From assembly GCF_009914755.1 (NCBI RefSeq), contig NC_060938.1: DNA of 64,000 nucleotides, one strand, 5' to 3'. Origin of the DNA: the human T2T-CHM13v2.0 reference genome, Homo sapiens. Of the stretch, positions 1-14,560 are shown in pieces; the first letter of the stretch is position 1; each line of letters starts with the position of its first letter. The translations under genes were made by a program, and so were the position numbers. Under the pieces are notes generated by a model that was not told the DNA's origin, made no database searches, and was given only the letters and a program-made list of their open reading frames with translations.

Positions 1-1131
1 TAGCATTTTAATTAAAACCGTTAGTGGAATAAATCCATTTAATTATCAGTTAATGAAATACAAGGTCATTTACCTGACAGGAACTTTGAGGGTGGATTAC
101 TAGCTGGAATAAAGCAGAAGAACCCAATGTCACAGCCATTTAACTTCTGTCAAATTTAAGGTTAAAATCCTTTTAGACTGTTTAACCTATTCTCTACCAT
201 TTTCCTATTATGTATGCCGATTGGCAGGAGAAATGCATGTTAAAACTTATTTTACATTTAATTATGCTACAAAGTTTTCATTAAATTTCTAGAAATTTCT
301 TTATATTTCTAAGGCATAAAGTGAAAAGTTACAATAAACTCCAATGTAATTTTGTTGTTATTTTGTGTTTATTATTTATAAAGTTAAACTGACATCTTTT
401 TCCTTACTGCAAATCTTATGAATTGTTTCTTTTTTTGTAAATATGAATTAATAAAATATAAGTTTTAGTCTGTAAATTTAGGATGCAAACATGGAACAAA
501 TGTGCAATAATAAATCACTTTACATAATTTATGGTTAATTTTATATATAGCCCCTTTTTTGAAGTAACCTCCATTTCATCAGAATAATATAAAAAAGTAA
601 GAGCTGGTTGATCACTAAGCTAGATTTGCAATTGGTTTGGTAAATGGTTTTAAGTCAGTTTAACAAATGACGAGAAGGCACAAGATTGTGTTGTAGAGGA
701 AAGTTCCTTTTCTTTGATGGTGACACTGGATTTCTCTAGGCAGCACACACTGCTCATATTTTATATAGATCACTTTTAGAAACAGAGGCTGAAAAGGGCT
801 CTTGTTCTTCCTTTCCCCAATAAAGATGTTGAATTAATTATCTAGGGTTTGGATTTTTATTTTAATTTTGTATATTTGAGTTTGTCTCACAGCTATAAAT
901 TTCAGAGATAAAAAAGATAACTTGTTTTGGGTTCTAGTTCTTCCTTTCTAAAATGAAACTCCCTAAACACTAAAGTAGTGGTTCATGCAAATGAGGATAT
1001 CCAGTTTTAACCTGTGCTGCTTCCCCCTAATTCACCTTAGCTGTGTACCATGCAAGAAGCCCAACATAACGCATAGCGGTTTGTCTTTCAGACATACCAG
1101 TGCGGCATTCTGACTTCTAGATGCTAAATAC

Positions 1132-1563
<432 letters not shown>

Positions 1564-2214
1564 TCACCCTGTTTTGCGTTTACCTAGACTATGCATAGAT
1601 TTTTAATACTTTGAGAAAGTAACAAAACCTGTTTAAAAGACTTGTTTAGGCTGGGTAGTTCTGATAACTCTATTTACTCTATTTTATATTTTTATAAATG
1701 TAGATTTTTATAAATGTCCTTGTGACTCACCAAAGAGGATTGTAAAGTTTGCTTCTTTTAAGCCGTAAGGTAAGACATATGAAGGAAAAAAGTATCCATG
1801 ATACCCAATTATTCCATCTTTGATTGAAATACAGAGAGACAACTAGAGATTGTGTTGCAAGAACCAGAGGGCTTTGGGACTTGTGTAGGTTATTTGGTGC
1901 TCCTCATACTGACTGGTCATAGGAATCTGTGCAGGCCTCTTTGCCTTTTAACATATATTTTAATGGCTCCCACCTTGGGTACCCACTGACACAATTATAA
2001 ACTATGCAACGTCTGCCTTGCTCACTCCTCCACATTCCCACTACTTTCTAGTTTTTAAGCAAGGTGTTCATGATTATTGTAGTGTCACGGCAGCCAAGAA
2101 TCATGGGTTTAATAGGTTCATCACTCTTCTAAATTGTTTGACCGGCTCTTTGTCACTATGGTGGTAATGGAGTATCTAATTGTTGCGGATAGTCTAGGCT
2201 ATGCTATGTAGGGT

Positions 2215-2604
2215 TGTATTCATTGTTTGTTTTACTATAATAATATACCTGAGACTGAGTAATTTATAAAGAACAGAAGTTTATTTTCTCACAGTCTGGA
2301 AGCTGGGAAGTGAAGTCCAAGGTCAAGGCACTGGCAGGTTTGTTGTCTGATGAGGGTCCAGTCTTCACTTCCAAGATGGTGCCTGGTGGCTACATTCTCC
2401 AGAGAGGGTGAACTCTGTGTCCTCACATGGCAGAAGGAATGGATAAGCAAGAGCACACTCCCTTTGACCTTGAATCTTTATATAAGAATGCTAAGCCCTC
2501 ATGACTTAATTACCTCCCTAAGGCCACACTTCTTAATACTGTTGCATTGGGGAGTAAGTTTCAGCATAAATTTTGAAGGGGACACCATCATTCAAACCAT
2601 AGTG
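2215..2604 (-). mobile_element. MaLR solo LTR (MST family, MSTC/MSTD-like)
   Basis: Diagnostic segments gagactgagtaatttataaagaacag, ccaagatggtgcc, cctcacatggcagaagg and terminal ttcaaaccatag. Confidence 0.8.
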
Positions 2605-2699
2605 TGGATTACTTGTACCTCTATGTATTGTAGAACATCCACTTACTGTTGAGATTATTAACAATAAATCATTGCAATTTCCTTTTGGTCCCCTTACAT

Positions 2700-3260
2700 C
2701 TTAGGCCCATTTTTTATTGAGTACTCTTTTTCCTGCCACCCTTTGGCTGTGGATTCTAGACCATCTGTTCTTCCTTATATAGTATGCATATTCCCTTAGG
2801 AATCTTATCATTTGGGATGATTTTAGCTACCACTATAGGCAGTGGTGTCCGGATCTACATCTTCGGTTTAGTGTCCACCCACTTTGCATGCTATGGTTCC
2901 ATGCTCAATTGACTCTAGAAGACTGCTAGTTTTATATACTGTTGTCACCTAAAAGTTTCCATAATAATTAAGTTTACCACTTTCTTTTCTCCCATCTTTT
3001 CCGTCATTTTATCCTTCCAACATGCCAGGCTCCTTAGCAATAGAAGCTGAAAATAATTTTCACTGTTCTTCTCCCCTTTTGTTCCCAAATGGGAGCCACC
3101 AGCCACCAAGAACTGCTGCATCTTCCTCGACTAGGCCTCTTGGCCTGATTATGTTTTTCTATTTCCCCACCTGGCCTAGGAGCCCAGGCCTTTATCTATT
3201 TATGTCTAGATTACTCCACCTGCCTCTTACCCAATTTTCCTTCACTTTCTTAGAAATCCA
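2700..3260 (+). mobile_element. Degraded L2 fragment
   Basis: Pyrimidine-rich L2-like segments (ctagattactccacctgcctctt etc.); boundaries approximate. Confidence 0.45.
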
Positions 3261-3571
3261 GAATATCAGGGAGCTGGATTATTTTTAAGCATTCTTTTGC
3301 CTTCTGATCTTTATAAAATCACAAAATTTCTTACAAGGAAATTCCATCCATTATAATCATATCAGATTAAATCAAATATATTTTGCATTTTCTTTAAAGA
3401 TACTGCCAGCCATCACACCAGATTAATTTTTCATTTCCAGCCAGGAAGACTTTACTCTCCATTCAAGCTACAGCTCTACTGCTATCCCCTAGGCTTGCTC
3501 ACCTTTCTCCTGAGTTGCTATTTTCTTCCCATTCCTCTTTCTGAATGCACATCTCTAAAATGTCCATCATT

Positions 3572-3880
3572 AGAGTGGTGCAGTGGCTCATGCGTATAAT
3601 CCCAACACTTTGGGAGGCCAAGGTGGGAGGAATACTTGAACCCAGGAGTTTGAAACCAGCCTAGGCAACACAGGGAGACCCCATCTCTACAAAAAATTTA
3701 AAAATTAGCTGGCCATGGTGGCACATTCCTGTAGTCCCAGCTACTCAGGAGGCTGAGGTGGGAGGGTCACTTGAGGCCAAGAGGTCAAGGCTGCAGTGAA
3801 CTGTGATTGTGCCACTACACTCCAGCCTGGGTGACAGAGCGAGACCCTGTCTCAAATAAAATAAAATAAAAATAAATAAA
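3572..3880 (+). mobile_element. Full-length Alu (AluJ-like)
   Basis: J-type diagnostics (gaggtcaaggctgcagtga, gagaccctgtctc) and an (aaata)n tail. Confidence 0.93.
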
Positions 3881-4059
3881 TCCACCACTTATTTACAGCC
3901 AGGGACAACTTTGCATGTCATAACATTTAAAGTGTGGAAGAGTCACTCAATTAGTTGGCATATATGTTTGGCCTCGAGTTAGGTATTCTGTCATCAAAAA
4001 TTTAGCTACCATGTTTGGCCATTTTTTCTCCTTTCCCTTTTATTTATTAATAAGTGTTG

Positions 4060-4474
4060 TGATATAGTTTGGATTTATGTGTTTGTCAGATTTGAACTCC
4101 ACCCAAATATCATGTTGAATTGTAATCCCCAATGCTGGAGGCAGGGCCTGGTGGGAGGTGTTTAGATTATGAGGGCTCACTCATGGCTTGGTGCTATCTT
4201 TCTGATAGTGAGTTCTCATGAGATCTGGTCATTTAAAAGTGTTTGACACCTCCCCTCCCCTCACTCTCTCACTTGCTCCTGCATTCTCCATGTGACACAC
4301 CTGCTCCGTCTTCATCTTCCACCATGATTGTAAGTTTCCTGAGGCCTCCTTAGAAGCTGAGCACCATGGTTCCTGTAAAGCCTGCAGAACCATGAGCCAA
4401 TTAATCCTCTTTTCTTTATTAATTACCCAGTCTTAAGTATAGTATTTATAGCAATGCAAGAATTGCCTAGTACA
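4060..4474 (+). mobile_element. MaLR solo LTR (MSTA/MSTB-like)
   Basis: Starts tgatatagtttggat and ends gcctagtaca; contains ccatgattgtaagtttcctgaggcctc. Confidence 0.88.
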
Positions 4475-5370
4475 GTTTGTCATCAATTTTCTTATCTATA
4501 AAAAGGGAATAATAATAATTATCTTGAAGAATACAATGAAATCGAGAAGTATTAAGTAATAAGTTTGTATTCGTTCATTTGCTTTCTCTGGTCTTTGTGT
4601 TAGTAAAACTAGGGCAAATAAAATATTGCCTCATTTTTATTTATAGTCATGATTTGAGTTCAACAGAAAAACATAGTAATTGATTTCCATCATTTCACAT
4701 TCATGTAAGTTGAATGAGTGGCACTTTCTGAGTTTCTGCGTATTAAAAACCTATACAGACTCATAGTAGCAAATCAGATGGCCCATGTCTTGGGCCATTT
4801 GGGTTCTTCTGCCATGCGCACAAGTCTAATTTGAAATCATTGTACCTTAAACTCTTAACTAATTGCTCAAACTTAAAGTCATTATTTCAGATCTTTATTA
4901 AAAATCAGACTTTGCCCTATAAAATGCCCATAATTTTTAGCAGCTATATATCTGCTGTGTAATTTTCTCTTTCAAAAAATGTCATACTCAATTTAATATT
5001 GGTGTGTTGTTTGCAACTGGCTGGGGGAGCTATGTGAAGCCATTACAAACTCTAGTTTCACAAGAATTGGACTCTGAAGCCTGCACCACTGAAACTCTGG
5101 GTCTGTTTTTCTGACACAGTCCCACAGCATATTTCTCATACCCTGAGGGCTACCCTAGCGGATGTTCTGTTGTGGAATGAAATGGCATTGACTAAAATGA
5201 AAATTTTCTTCTCTGTGAGAAAATGTATTGAAAAGAAACCAATCACAAATGCAACAAACCAATTAAATCAAAACAAAACACACAATTCTGTGAATTAATT
5301 AGGTAGGGTGAAATATACCAGACTGATAGTCTTTTTAAAAGATACCTTGTACACAATTAGAAATATTATG

Positions 5371-5670
5371 GGCTGAGCCAGCTGGCTCAGGCCTGCAATC
5401 CCAGCACTTTCAGAGGCCGAGGCAGGGGATTGCTTGAACTCAGGAGTTCAAGACCAGCCTGGCAACGTGGCAAGACCTTGTCTCTACTGAAAAAAAAAAA
5501 AAAAATTAGCTGGGCATGGTGGCACATGCTTGTGGTCCCAGCTACTCAGGAGGCTGAGGCGGCAGGATAGCTTGAGCCTGGAATATCGAGGCTATAGTGA
5601 TCTGTGTTTGCACCACTGCACTCCAGTCTGGGTGACAGGGCGAGACCCTGTCTCAGGAATAAAAAAAAAA
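5371..5670 (+). mobile_element. Full-length Alu (AluJ-like)
   Basis: Dimeric Alu with long middle A-run; degenerate TSD aaatattatg / aagtattatg. Confidence 0.93.
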
Positions 5671-6239
5671 GTATTATGAAGGAGCTATTTTTACACAATA
5701 TATAAAGGATACAAAAAAATCATGCTTTAAGGACTTCTATAAAGTCACAAAATAATGTTTGCAGAATTTGCAACCACAATCTTGTTTATTACACAATTTT
5801 TGGGTGGTAAAATATTTTCATGAGGAAATCACAACTGAGAAGTTGTTTTCAGAAAAATTCGTCAAATAGGAATAAGATATTAATGAGTAAAATTGATTAA
5901 TGAAGTAAAAATATTGACTATCAGGAGACGAGTGAATATGCAGCAGATTAGGAAACAATTGACTGTACCAAAGAATGACTGTATCACCACAGAAATGAAT
6001 TTTATTTCAGTTAAGGTATGAAGGCCCTACTTACCTAGTCATTAACATTCTTTTATTTTCCTTATACCTTGATGTCTCCAGTAAACTGTGTGAAACTGGA
6101 TGTGATTTCTCCACTAGAGCGTAGATGCAAGATGTTAACTGTAACTGATACTAAGTGTTAAACCATATGGTATATTTGAACAATTTATTATTGAATCTCT
6201 TAGTAAATCTTTTTAAATGTTGAGGTCAAGTTTTCAAGT

Positions 6240-6720
6240 AACTCTGATGTGTCAGGCAGGGTCCTAAATATATTGGGAAGTCCTTAACTTTAAGAAGCTC
6301 ATAATTTAGTTGGGAAGCTAAGACTAGCAGATAGATCTCTGCCAATGCAAGGTGGTCAGTGATACATAGTGGATGAATAGAGACATAGAATTGGGGAAAT
6401 GAAAGAGTTGTTCGTGTTGGCCCTTAGAGGACTTTTTGGTTTCATCGAAGTAAGAGAGCAGATTAGAGAAAGCGTTTCATGCAGAAGAAATATTTGCAAA
6501 AACTCAGGGTCAGGAAGCCTTTCTATTTGGGAGCTGGTGATAAATAGACAAATTGCCTGGGGAAGATGGTTATGTAGAAAGTAATGAGAGATAAAATTTT
6601 AAAAGGAGATTAGGGTCAGACTGGGGAAAGCGTTTTTTACCAATCTAACTTTTTTGTCTAGGTAGGTTGCATGGACCATATTGTCCCAGATTTATGGTGA
6701 TCATGTTATAGAATATAATC
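6240..6720 (-). mobile_element. Degraded L2 fragment
   Basis: atgtgtcaggc...aagaagctcataatttagttgggaag followed by a purine-rich L2 body. Confidence 0.5.
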
Positions 6721-7240
6721 AGAAATCTAAAGAAAGTCAATGTATGTTAGATCTGTCTCTCTTAAGATAAATCTATCTGTTTTTCTCAAGATAAATATCT
6801 CTCGTCTAGATATTTCAGTGAAAGTCAGAGTTGGTTGACATGAAACATAATAAAAATCTAGCCATCTAGTGATAAAGTAAGTATTAAAAGTAGAATACCA
6901 ACAGAACTAATTTGGATTTTTTTAAATAAATGTGTTTGGAAAAATCTCATGCTTAAAATGCACTCATGAAGCAATATTTATAGCGTGTATGACTATAAAG
7001 ATATATTAAACATAAACATAAATCTTTCTGTTTTATGTGACTTTTATTATCTGCCCATCAAATTTAGTTAATTATCAAAGGTGACTCTATTTAATGAAAG
7101 CTGTGTCCCAACAAAACCTATTTTCTTCTCCCACAGTGATCTACAAAGAAGTTATGAGATTAGGTACAGAGTATTTTGCTCACTTTCATGACCACTGCCT
7201 GTAGTATGAGAAATAGAAGACAGTGGTTTCTCTCCTTCTT

Positions 7241-7412
7241 AGCAGTTCTCCAGATTTACTCTGAATAAGCATCACCTGGGAGTGCCAGCCAAAACTGACT
7301 CACCTGGGAAACTAAGATTTATTCAGTCCTCACTGGGCCTGGGAATCTGCATTTTAGTGAACCCACCAGCTGATTCTGAAGCTGGTAATCTGAAGACTAC
7401 TTTCTGAGACCT
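7241..7412. mobile_element. MER5-family hAT-Charlie DNA transposon remnant
   Basis: gcagttctcca...atcacctggg...gggcctgggaatctgcatttta...ctgattctga. Confidence 0.65.
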
Positions 7413-10400
7413 AGAATGAAGGGGAATACATACGTTTAGTGTAGAGCAATCTTTCGCTCATAGGCAATTGTTTTAAATATTATTGACAGTTAAGTAAATG
7501 CCTGTGTTTATACCCAGTTAAGTAAATGGCTCAGTAGTTGATGCTATTGTTCCACTCCTACATCTCTGAAGGACTTCTCTAAGGAAGGCCCTATGAACTT
7601 AAAACCTACAAGGAAGTTCGTGAGGGTTTGTCACATGTTTATAAAGCAGGGTTCTATGCTTCTTAAAGCCCTGGCTGTAAATATGCTTCTCTCTGTTTAT
7701 CCTGCTTATACCTTTCCTGAGTGAAAGCCCAACTGAATTTAATTAGCAGAGCATAAATAGTACTGACATATGGCAATCCAATATATGGAATTTTGTCATA
7801 ATACAGTTTATAGAATAGGGGCAGAATTTGATAAAGACTCCACAAATTCACGTAAACAGAACTGAGAGGTGTCCTTGCACCTATTTACAGGGTACTGCCC
7901 TCAGCGCAGATCCAGAAGAATGGCCAGATCCTGCATGATCTCCTGGGAGCCCTGGCTCTGATTTGACATAGGGAAAAAGGCCAAGAAAATCACTGTAACT
8001 TGGGGTATGGCTTTGCAAACCCAAGAAACATTCATTTCCCCATTTGTTAGTTGAAAAGGAGTACAGAGAAGATGCTGACTCATGCTGACCCTGTAGTGGC
8101 TGTGATGAAATAACCCGTGGCAGGAACAAGAAGAGAGAAGCACAACCCTCGGTAGAGTCAATGGAAGCAATTCCAATGTTAGTAACAGCTTAAAGCAGCA
8201 AATGAGCCTACAAATCTGTGAGTGCTGCTCCCTAGCTCTTTTTCTCTCATTACACCAACATTTACCACAATGGACCTAATTTTTGAGATTTTCAGTTTAG
8301 ATTTAAACGAAAGCTCATGAGATCCAGGACACTTTTTGTCATGGTCTTTCAGATTTCTCTGTGTCTAAATATTGCCTTGTATCCAGCACGGGCTTACTAG
8401 AGACTTTGTTGTTTTTAATTTTGATCTATCTGCAGTATTATGATTGTTTTTCTTAATGCTTAATCAGGAAGGATATGATTACTTTTTCTGTGAGTGTACA
8501 TGTTTTTAAAAGCTCACCATTTTTTTTTTTACCATAATTTTATCATGTCTTGGGATAAAAGAATACAATGATCTGCTACATGGATACCATTTCTACAGTA
8601 CTTCTATTCCATATAATGATGATGCTGTTTTCATTAAAGTAATAAAAAAAATCTATACAGCATATGAGCAGGATTTGAAAGTTGGCACATCTAATTATCA
8701 TAGTAAGGAAAGAACATGAATGCCAATTTTATATTTAACAAAAGTCATCCTTAATTGTTGGTGGTCGCACACATGGTAGATTGACAATAAAGAACTAGTC
8801 TAGCACATTTGGATCTTAAACATAAAACAAGGCAACGTAGATTGTTTTAAAAATGAAGTTTGTGCTAGTCTGAGACCTCAGGTATTAAATGTCTTCAGAA
8901 ACTGGTGCTTTCTTTGATCCCTGAGAAAGATAAGAAGAGGTTAGGAGGTAGATGGTCACATAGATAATGCTACTCTATATAGTGATTGATTTATTACATA
9001 TAAGGAAGACGACAGTCTATGGGGATTTTTCAAGCCAAAAGTCTCCTGCCTTGCAAATGATCATTGAGAGATTACAATGTAACTCCTGTTTAAAATGTGA
9101 AAGCTGTTGGCTCTATAATTTCTAAAGAGCATCCTTTTTTATTTTAATGATGTTTTCACTCATATTGTACATATCTCCCTGTTTAATATTCTAAATTTGA
9201 TGTGTACTTCAGAAGTGATCACTGTTTTGTGATTTACAACCTTGGAGAAAAATAACATAGTAGTCATAACTTTGCAGTTTTTTGTGATGCATGAAGATCA
9301 GATTTTTTAATGTTGGTTAATGCTTTGCTAATTAAAGTATGCATGTTAATTAAAGCAGAGGCTAATGTTAATTACCTATATTAATGGAATCTCATGTAGC
9401 ACCTGCCTGAAGCAATGGGTTCAATTTTCAAAATATCTCAATTAAGGCTGAAACTTTTGATTTGCATCTAGTAGGGTTTCAATTAACTGCATTGAAAACT
9501 TAAATAACACTCTTAGGGGTGCAAAATATCAGTGATTATATGAAGCACAGTGGAGTTTGGTAGGTTCATTTTTAAAGTCTTCTTTAAAAAAAAAAAAAAA
9601 GCCTAACTATATTTCTTTCTTGTTCACTGGCCAAAATTCTGTTTACTCACCAAGACCCAGTGAAAACACCACTTCTTCCATTAAGTATTTTCCAATTCTC
9701 AACCAACTACCAGAGCTTCAGTTTGTTGTTCTTATTTATTTTATATTATTCTGTTTTGTATTATAGTTAGTTGTTAGAATTTGTGTCCTTTGCTAACTAG
9801 AAGCACCTTGTCTTTATCACTTACGAAGACAAGCACATTTGACAAGACACTAGCATGTTTTGTAAGTTGAAGACACTCTTTAAATGTCTGTAAAACCAGT
9901 AAGTACATTTATTGACTAAAGTGGATATGAGTGAACTTTTAGCACACGATGATTCCGCTGTTGCTACATTCATGGCTGCTCCAAGTAAAACATGAAGCTG
10001 CTGTTTGAGATCTTATTGCTTTTCAAATAAAAGATTGGCGTTTTCATTAATTTCTGTTAAATCTAAGCTGGAATGGGGAAGAAGTTACCTGTTCAAGTAA
10101 AAATAGTGTTATGAAACCAAAGAACATGTGTTTGTGCTGTCAGGGATGATGTTAACATCCTCTTTTGGTCCTAGATTTGTATTCTGACTGTACTGCAAGC
10201 AGATCTGCCTTGTGACCATAAGCACAAATACTTTAAACAAGCTGTCCATCTAAGAGAGCCATCAAGGGTTGGTGTTATTTCGGAAGATAAGACATGGAGT
10301 CATCACGTGGTGACAGCTCAAATCTTAAAATAATTAATTAAAAATATAGATTACTGGAGACAAGTACATTGTAATTAGTATGGATATCAGTTTTCCTGAA

Positions 10401-12524
10401 CTTATTTTTATGTTTGCCAAAGTCCCAATAACAACCATTCCCACTGGGCCTTTGGAAGGGATTATGAGCTAATGGTACTAACCTTTTCGACATCTAGCAT
10501 AATGATGGTTTCAGAAAAATAGTTTCCATAATTGAAGGGAGCAATAATCTCCTCAATAAGTATATACAAATAGATTACACACTGATTTACAGTCCCTGGA
10601 AATCTGCATTGATAACTGCTGTGCCTTGGCAGACTTTGACTCTGATAACTTACCATCAGTCTCAGAGGGCTAAGATTTGTCTTCATTCAGCTGTAGAGAA
10701 TAACAAACAAACATAAGATTTCCATGTATAAGGTGTAACCGACAAGGTGACACAAAAGACACATAACTGCTTACTGTACTGATGTGCTATTGGCATGCTG
10801 GTTAAAAAAAATATATATATAAAGAAAGGTAAAAGGGAATCGTATTGATTGGACAAGAAGATGTTAGCTGTTGTCTTAATGGCAGAACCTATGATAGCTG
10901 GAAATAAGACGTGAATGTGTCCATTAATGAAGAGTGATGCAGGTTTAGATTTGGTAGTGAGAGCTCACATATTTCATGTCACACCGGTTTAACATTGGCT
11001 AGTTAGTAGATGGAATAAATGCAACAACCAGTTGGAGGAATGTGACAGATGTGCATATCAGACTTTCCAGGATGAGGCAATGGGCCAGGTCTTTATAACT
11101 TGAAGAGCAAAGTCACCAAAGCAGCCTTTCCCCATTGTGCCACCATTAAGGTAGCAGATGGCAGAGCATTAGCAAAAAGACATTGAGAACAGCTGGACAA
11201 CATCTGGTAGGAAGTGACAACCTAATGGGTATGCTGGGTTGTTCCTAATTGTGGGCAATCACTCAAAAAGCCTGGAAAGAAACTTCAATGTGTTGGTTGG
11301 TGGGAGGAAGAAGTTCGTCAGAGCAATAAATTCTAGTTCAGGAATTTGAGGGAATTCTGAAAAGAAGTGACTTTAGAGCCTGGCCAAATGGATTATGGAA
11401 CATTCATTTGTTTCCCCCCAGGTTCTAAATAAGAACAAACTTTTTAAAGGAGTTTGTGAGGCCTATCTGGACCTGGAATCTACTTTAGGTAGATATTCGA
11501 TTCATGAATACTATTTAAAACGTGAGATTCTGAGAGTATATGGAAAGGTTAGATGTTCACAGAGAATATGGAAATGCTAATTAAACTGGGGTGAGGGAAG
11601 TGGAGTATTTAACAACTCAATTCACCATTCCTGTTTCTTAATTTACTATCTTATGCCTTTTCTGGGACCTAGATAAAATTTAAAAAGCTTTTTGGCTATT
11701 TCTAGCTCTATATATTTTCTTCCCCGCCACCCCCCCCCCCCCAATTCCAGCCATTTGTCCTTGTGTGTCTATATCTCATTGCTCCCTCTCCTGCTTTCTC
11801 ACAAGGATCACCTAACTTTTCATGACCTCTCTATCTTTCAAGACTCAGCACTGGGAGAGTAACATTTCATTTTGGGAAATGTAGAGAAATAGTGACAAAT
11901 AGGTAGAAAGGAGGTCAGAAGGAACAGGGATAGTGTCTCCAGAAAGGAATAGTAGGAAGTCAAAATGCAGAGAAGCCAAGGGCTCAACATGTGCTGCAAC
12001 TCCAGCCCTAAATTTCTAAATTACTGCAGGACCTCCTATAAATCCTACATATCAGTAAATCGTGATAATTGTATAATAATAAATCCTGCTGCTGATTGGG
12101 AACTAGCAATCAGAATTGGAAAGGAAAAATTCTCACAATGAGGCTTCATTGCTTACCACACCCTGGATATTTAAAGGGAAGGAGTGACAAAGCGGTTGCA
12201 TGGTAAGCTATAACAGGGCACGGTAATCAGAGTGTGCAGACAAGGAATGCACGATTGTGCACACTGCCAAAGGTGCAGAATCAGTGTCATTCCTGGAGGC
12301 AGTGGGAGCAGAGAGTTTTGATTAAGTCCAAGACTCATAAGACAAGTACATTGGGCCTTGCAGAAAGTGACCCAAGTACATACCTTACTCAGTAGACTTG
12401 ATGCCATACCCCGGCTCTTTTAGTTGTCCATGTCTGTGCTGGCAGCCTCAGTCAGGGACTAGCTAGAGACTGGAAATCATGGTTTCAGGACTACTGGTTA
12501 GAGGCAATACCTAGGATGGTGAGT

Positions 12525-12740
12525 AGAAAAGCACTGGAGTTGGAGCCAGAAACCCCTGGTTCTTCTTCTCATTATCTATGTGACTTTGGACAAAGTAATT
12601 TATTTGACCTCTGGCTTCTGCATCTGCTAAATGGGGATAATGACACCTGATCTACCTGTGCATAGCACAAGGTTGTTGGGATTATCAAATGAGATAATAT
12701 ACATGAAATCACAAGTTATGAAAGTATGAATGTTATTATC
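12525..12740 (+). mobile_element. MIR
   Basis: agcactggagttggagccaga...tgtgactttggacaa...catctgctaaatggggataat...gttgttgggattatcaaatgagataat. Confidence 0.8.
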
Positions 12741-13269
12741 AAAGTATCAATATCCTATTACCAAGTGATTCCTGATCAAGCAGAATGTGACTCTCAATGA
12801 TGATTTAAGCATTTATCTAGGTACCTAGTGAACAGTGAACTGAAGTAGGTGAACCCAGGATTACCACAGCCAATGAATCTGTTAATTTGCATACTCTTGC
12901 AAATAAAAGGACAAAATCAATACTTCTTTCATAGTATAATAGATTATTTGGAATGAAACTATAAAATATAAATAATTATGTAAAATATAAAATTTTATAG
13001 TTCTCTTTAAGTATCCTGTAAAATGGCAGAGAGGTTCATTTTGGGCATGGGATTCTGACTAACAGTAGAATGTTTGTCATTTTAAAAAAATACACTTCTC
13101 TCTTAGGACTGATTCTCAAGCTGTGAAGTAGCAGATTGCCAATATAAAACATGACTTCATTTCTCACTGTTGTCTTTTATTCTGACACATTTCATTCTAT
13201 CTCAGAACCTCACTCAAACTGAGGTCCTAGCAGTTGTTAAATACCAATCTGAAGAAACCAGATGAATCA

Positions 13270-14070
13270 TCAGAATGTTTCATGTTCTAGATTTGTCTGA
13301 TTGTCTCCTCGTGGTGTGTCTCTTAACTTTTTCCTCTATTCACTATTCCCTACAAACTAGAAATGTGGTCCAGAGGCTTGTTTGGATTCAGATTAAACAT
13401 TTTTGGCATGTGTACTTCAAATGGCATCCCATTATGCCAGGCTATCCACTGTTTGTGATGCTAATGTGGTGATGGCCAGACACAGTACCTCTTTCTATAG
13501 ATGAGATTTTCTTTATAATTAGCAGGTAATCTGTAGGATAATGCTTGGGCATTCTGTGAATGTTCTGTTTTCCGTCAGATATTTGCTTAAGAGTTTTAGA
13601 ATACATTGATGATTCTTGCTAGAATCAATTCTTTCTTTAGGGGTGGTAAAATGATGGTATCCTAATTCTATTATTTCTCCCACATTTTTACTTGGCATTT
13701 TTTCCTGTAGACTTTCTCTTACCAACATCAGATGAGCTATAGTTCCTCTTTTAAAAAGTAAGTGAAATGCTTTTCTCGTTATTTACCAATTTTGGTGGTA
13801 AGAAGTTAGTGTAATTGTCACCCTCAATGGCGGCATGTTTTTTTCTCTTTTCAGTATAATTATAGGCTAATTGATTTTTATTTGTTCAATATACAACAAT
13901 CAATTACAATAATTCTTCTTTTTTAGTGCTTATATTTCCCACATTTGCCAAAAGGGAGCCTCTTCATATGACACTTGTGTCCTTTTGACAGATCCCTATT
14001 AGTCAAGGAATGCTTCTTTGTTTTCTAGTACAAGAAGATATCCCAGGCTCACCTTATACTTTCCCTGCCT
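13270..14070 (-). mobile_element. Old L1 3' region (L1MC4/5-like)
   Basis: Segments cattgatgattcttgc, gggagcctcttca...tgtgtccttttgaca and ccaggctcaccttatactttccctgcc. Confidence 0.7.
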
Positions 14071-14151
14071 TCCCTTTTAAAAGGATTTTAAAAATAGTAT
14101 CTTCAGCTCTTCCTAGATGGAAATAAGCCATATCAGACCCCCTGCTTGCCT

Positions 14152-14560
14152 CACTCATTCTTTCAGTACATACTTATTGAGTGTCTGCTGTGGGTCAGGA
14201 ATCTGTGGGTGATGTCAAAAGAAATCTGGTTCATATCATACTCTTGGGGAGCCTAAAATCTAATAGGACAGAGGAGTCCTGTGTACTATAAGGTGAAGAG
14301 AGATATGTTTTATATTAGAGGGACAGATCACCATGGGAAGTAACACTTAAACTGAAACTTAAAGCATATATAGGTGCTAGCCACATGAAGAAGATAGGAG
14401 GAGAATTCCAGGCAGAAGAAACAACGTGTCCAAGGTGGGAAGGAGCTAGGTTCATTCAAGGAATTAAAATGGAAAGAACCTGAGAATCTGTGTGTGGGCA
14501 AAGGCAAGAGCAGCTAGGGAGGAGGCTGGCGTGATGGACAGCAAAGGCCAAAGAAGGCAA
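14152..14560 (-). mobile_element. L2 3' fragment
   Basis: cactcattc...tacttattgagtgtctgctgtg (reverse L2 3' end) and gaattccaggcagaagaaacaacgtgtccaagg. Confidence 0.65.

Noticed and set aside
4774-4802. 12-bp hairpin (atggccca/tgggccat core)
   Set aside because: Too short for a pre-miRNA and within chance expectation for 64 kb.
11150-11168. CTCF-like gtagcagatggcag
   Set aside because: It lacks the key 5' CC of the core motif.
11722-11742. C13 run (G-rich on the minus strand)
   Set aside because: A simple homopolymer; G-quadruplex potential alone is not evidence of function.
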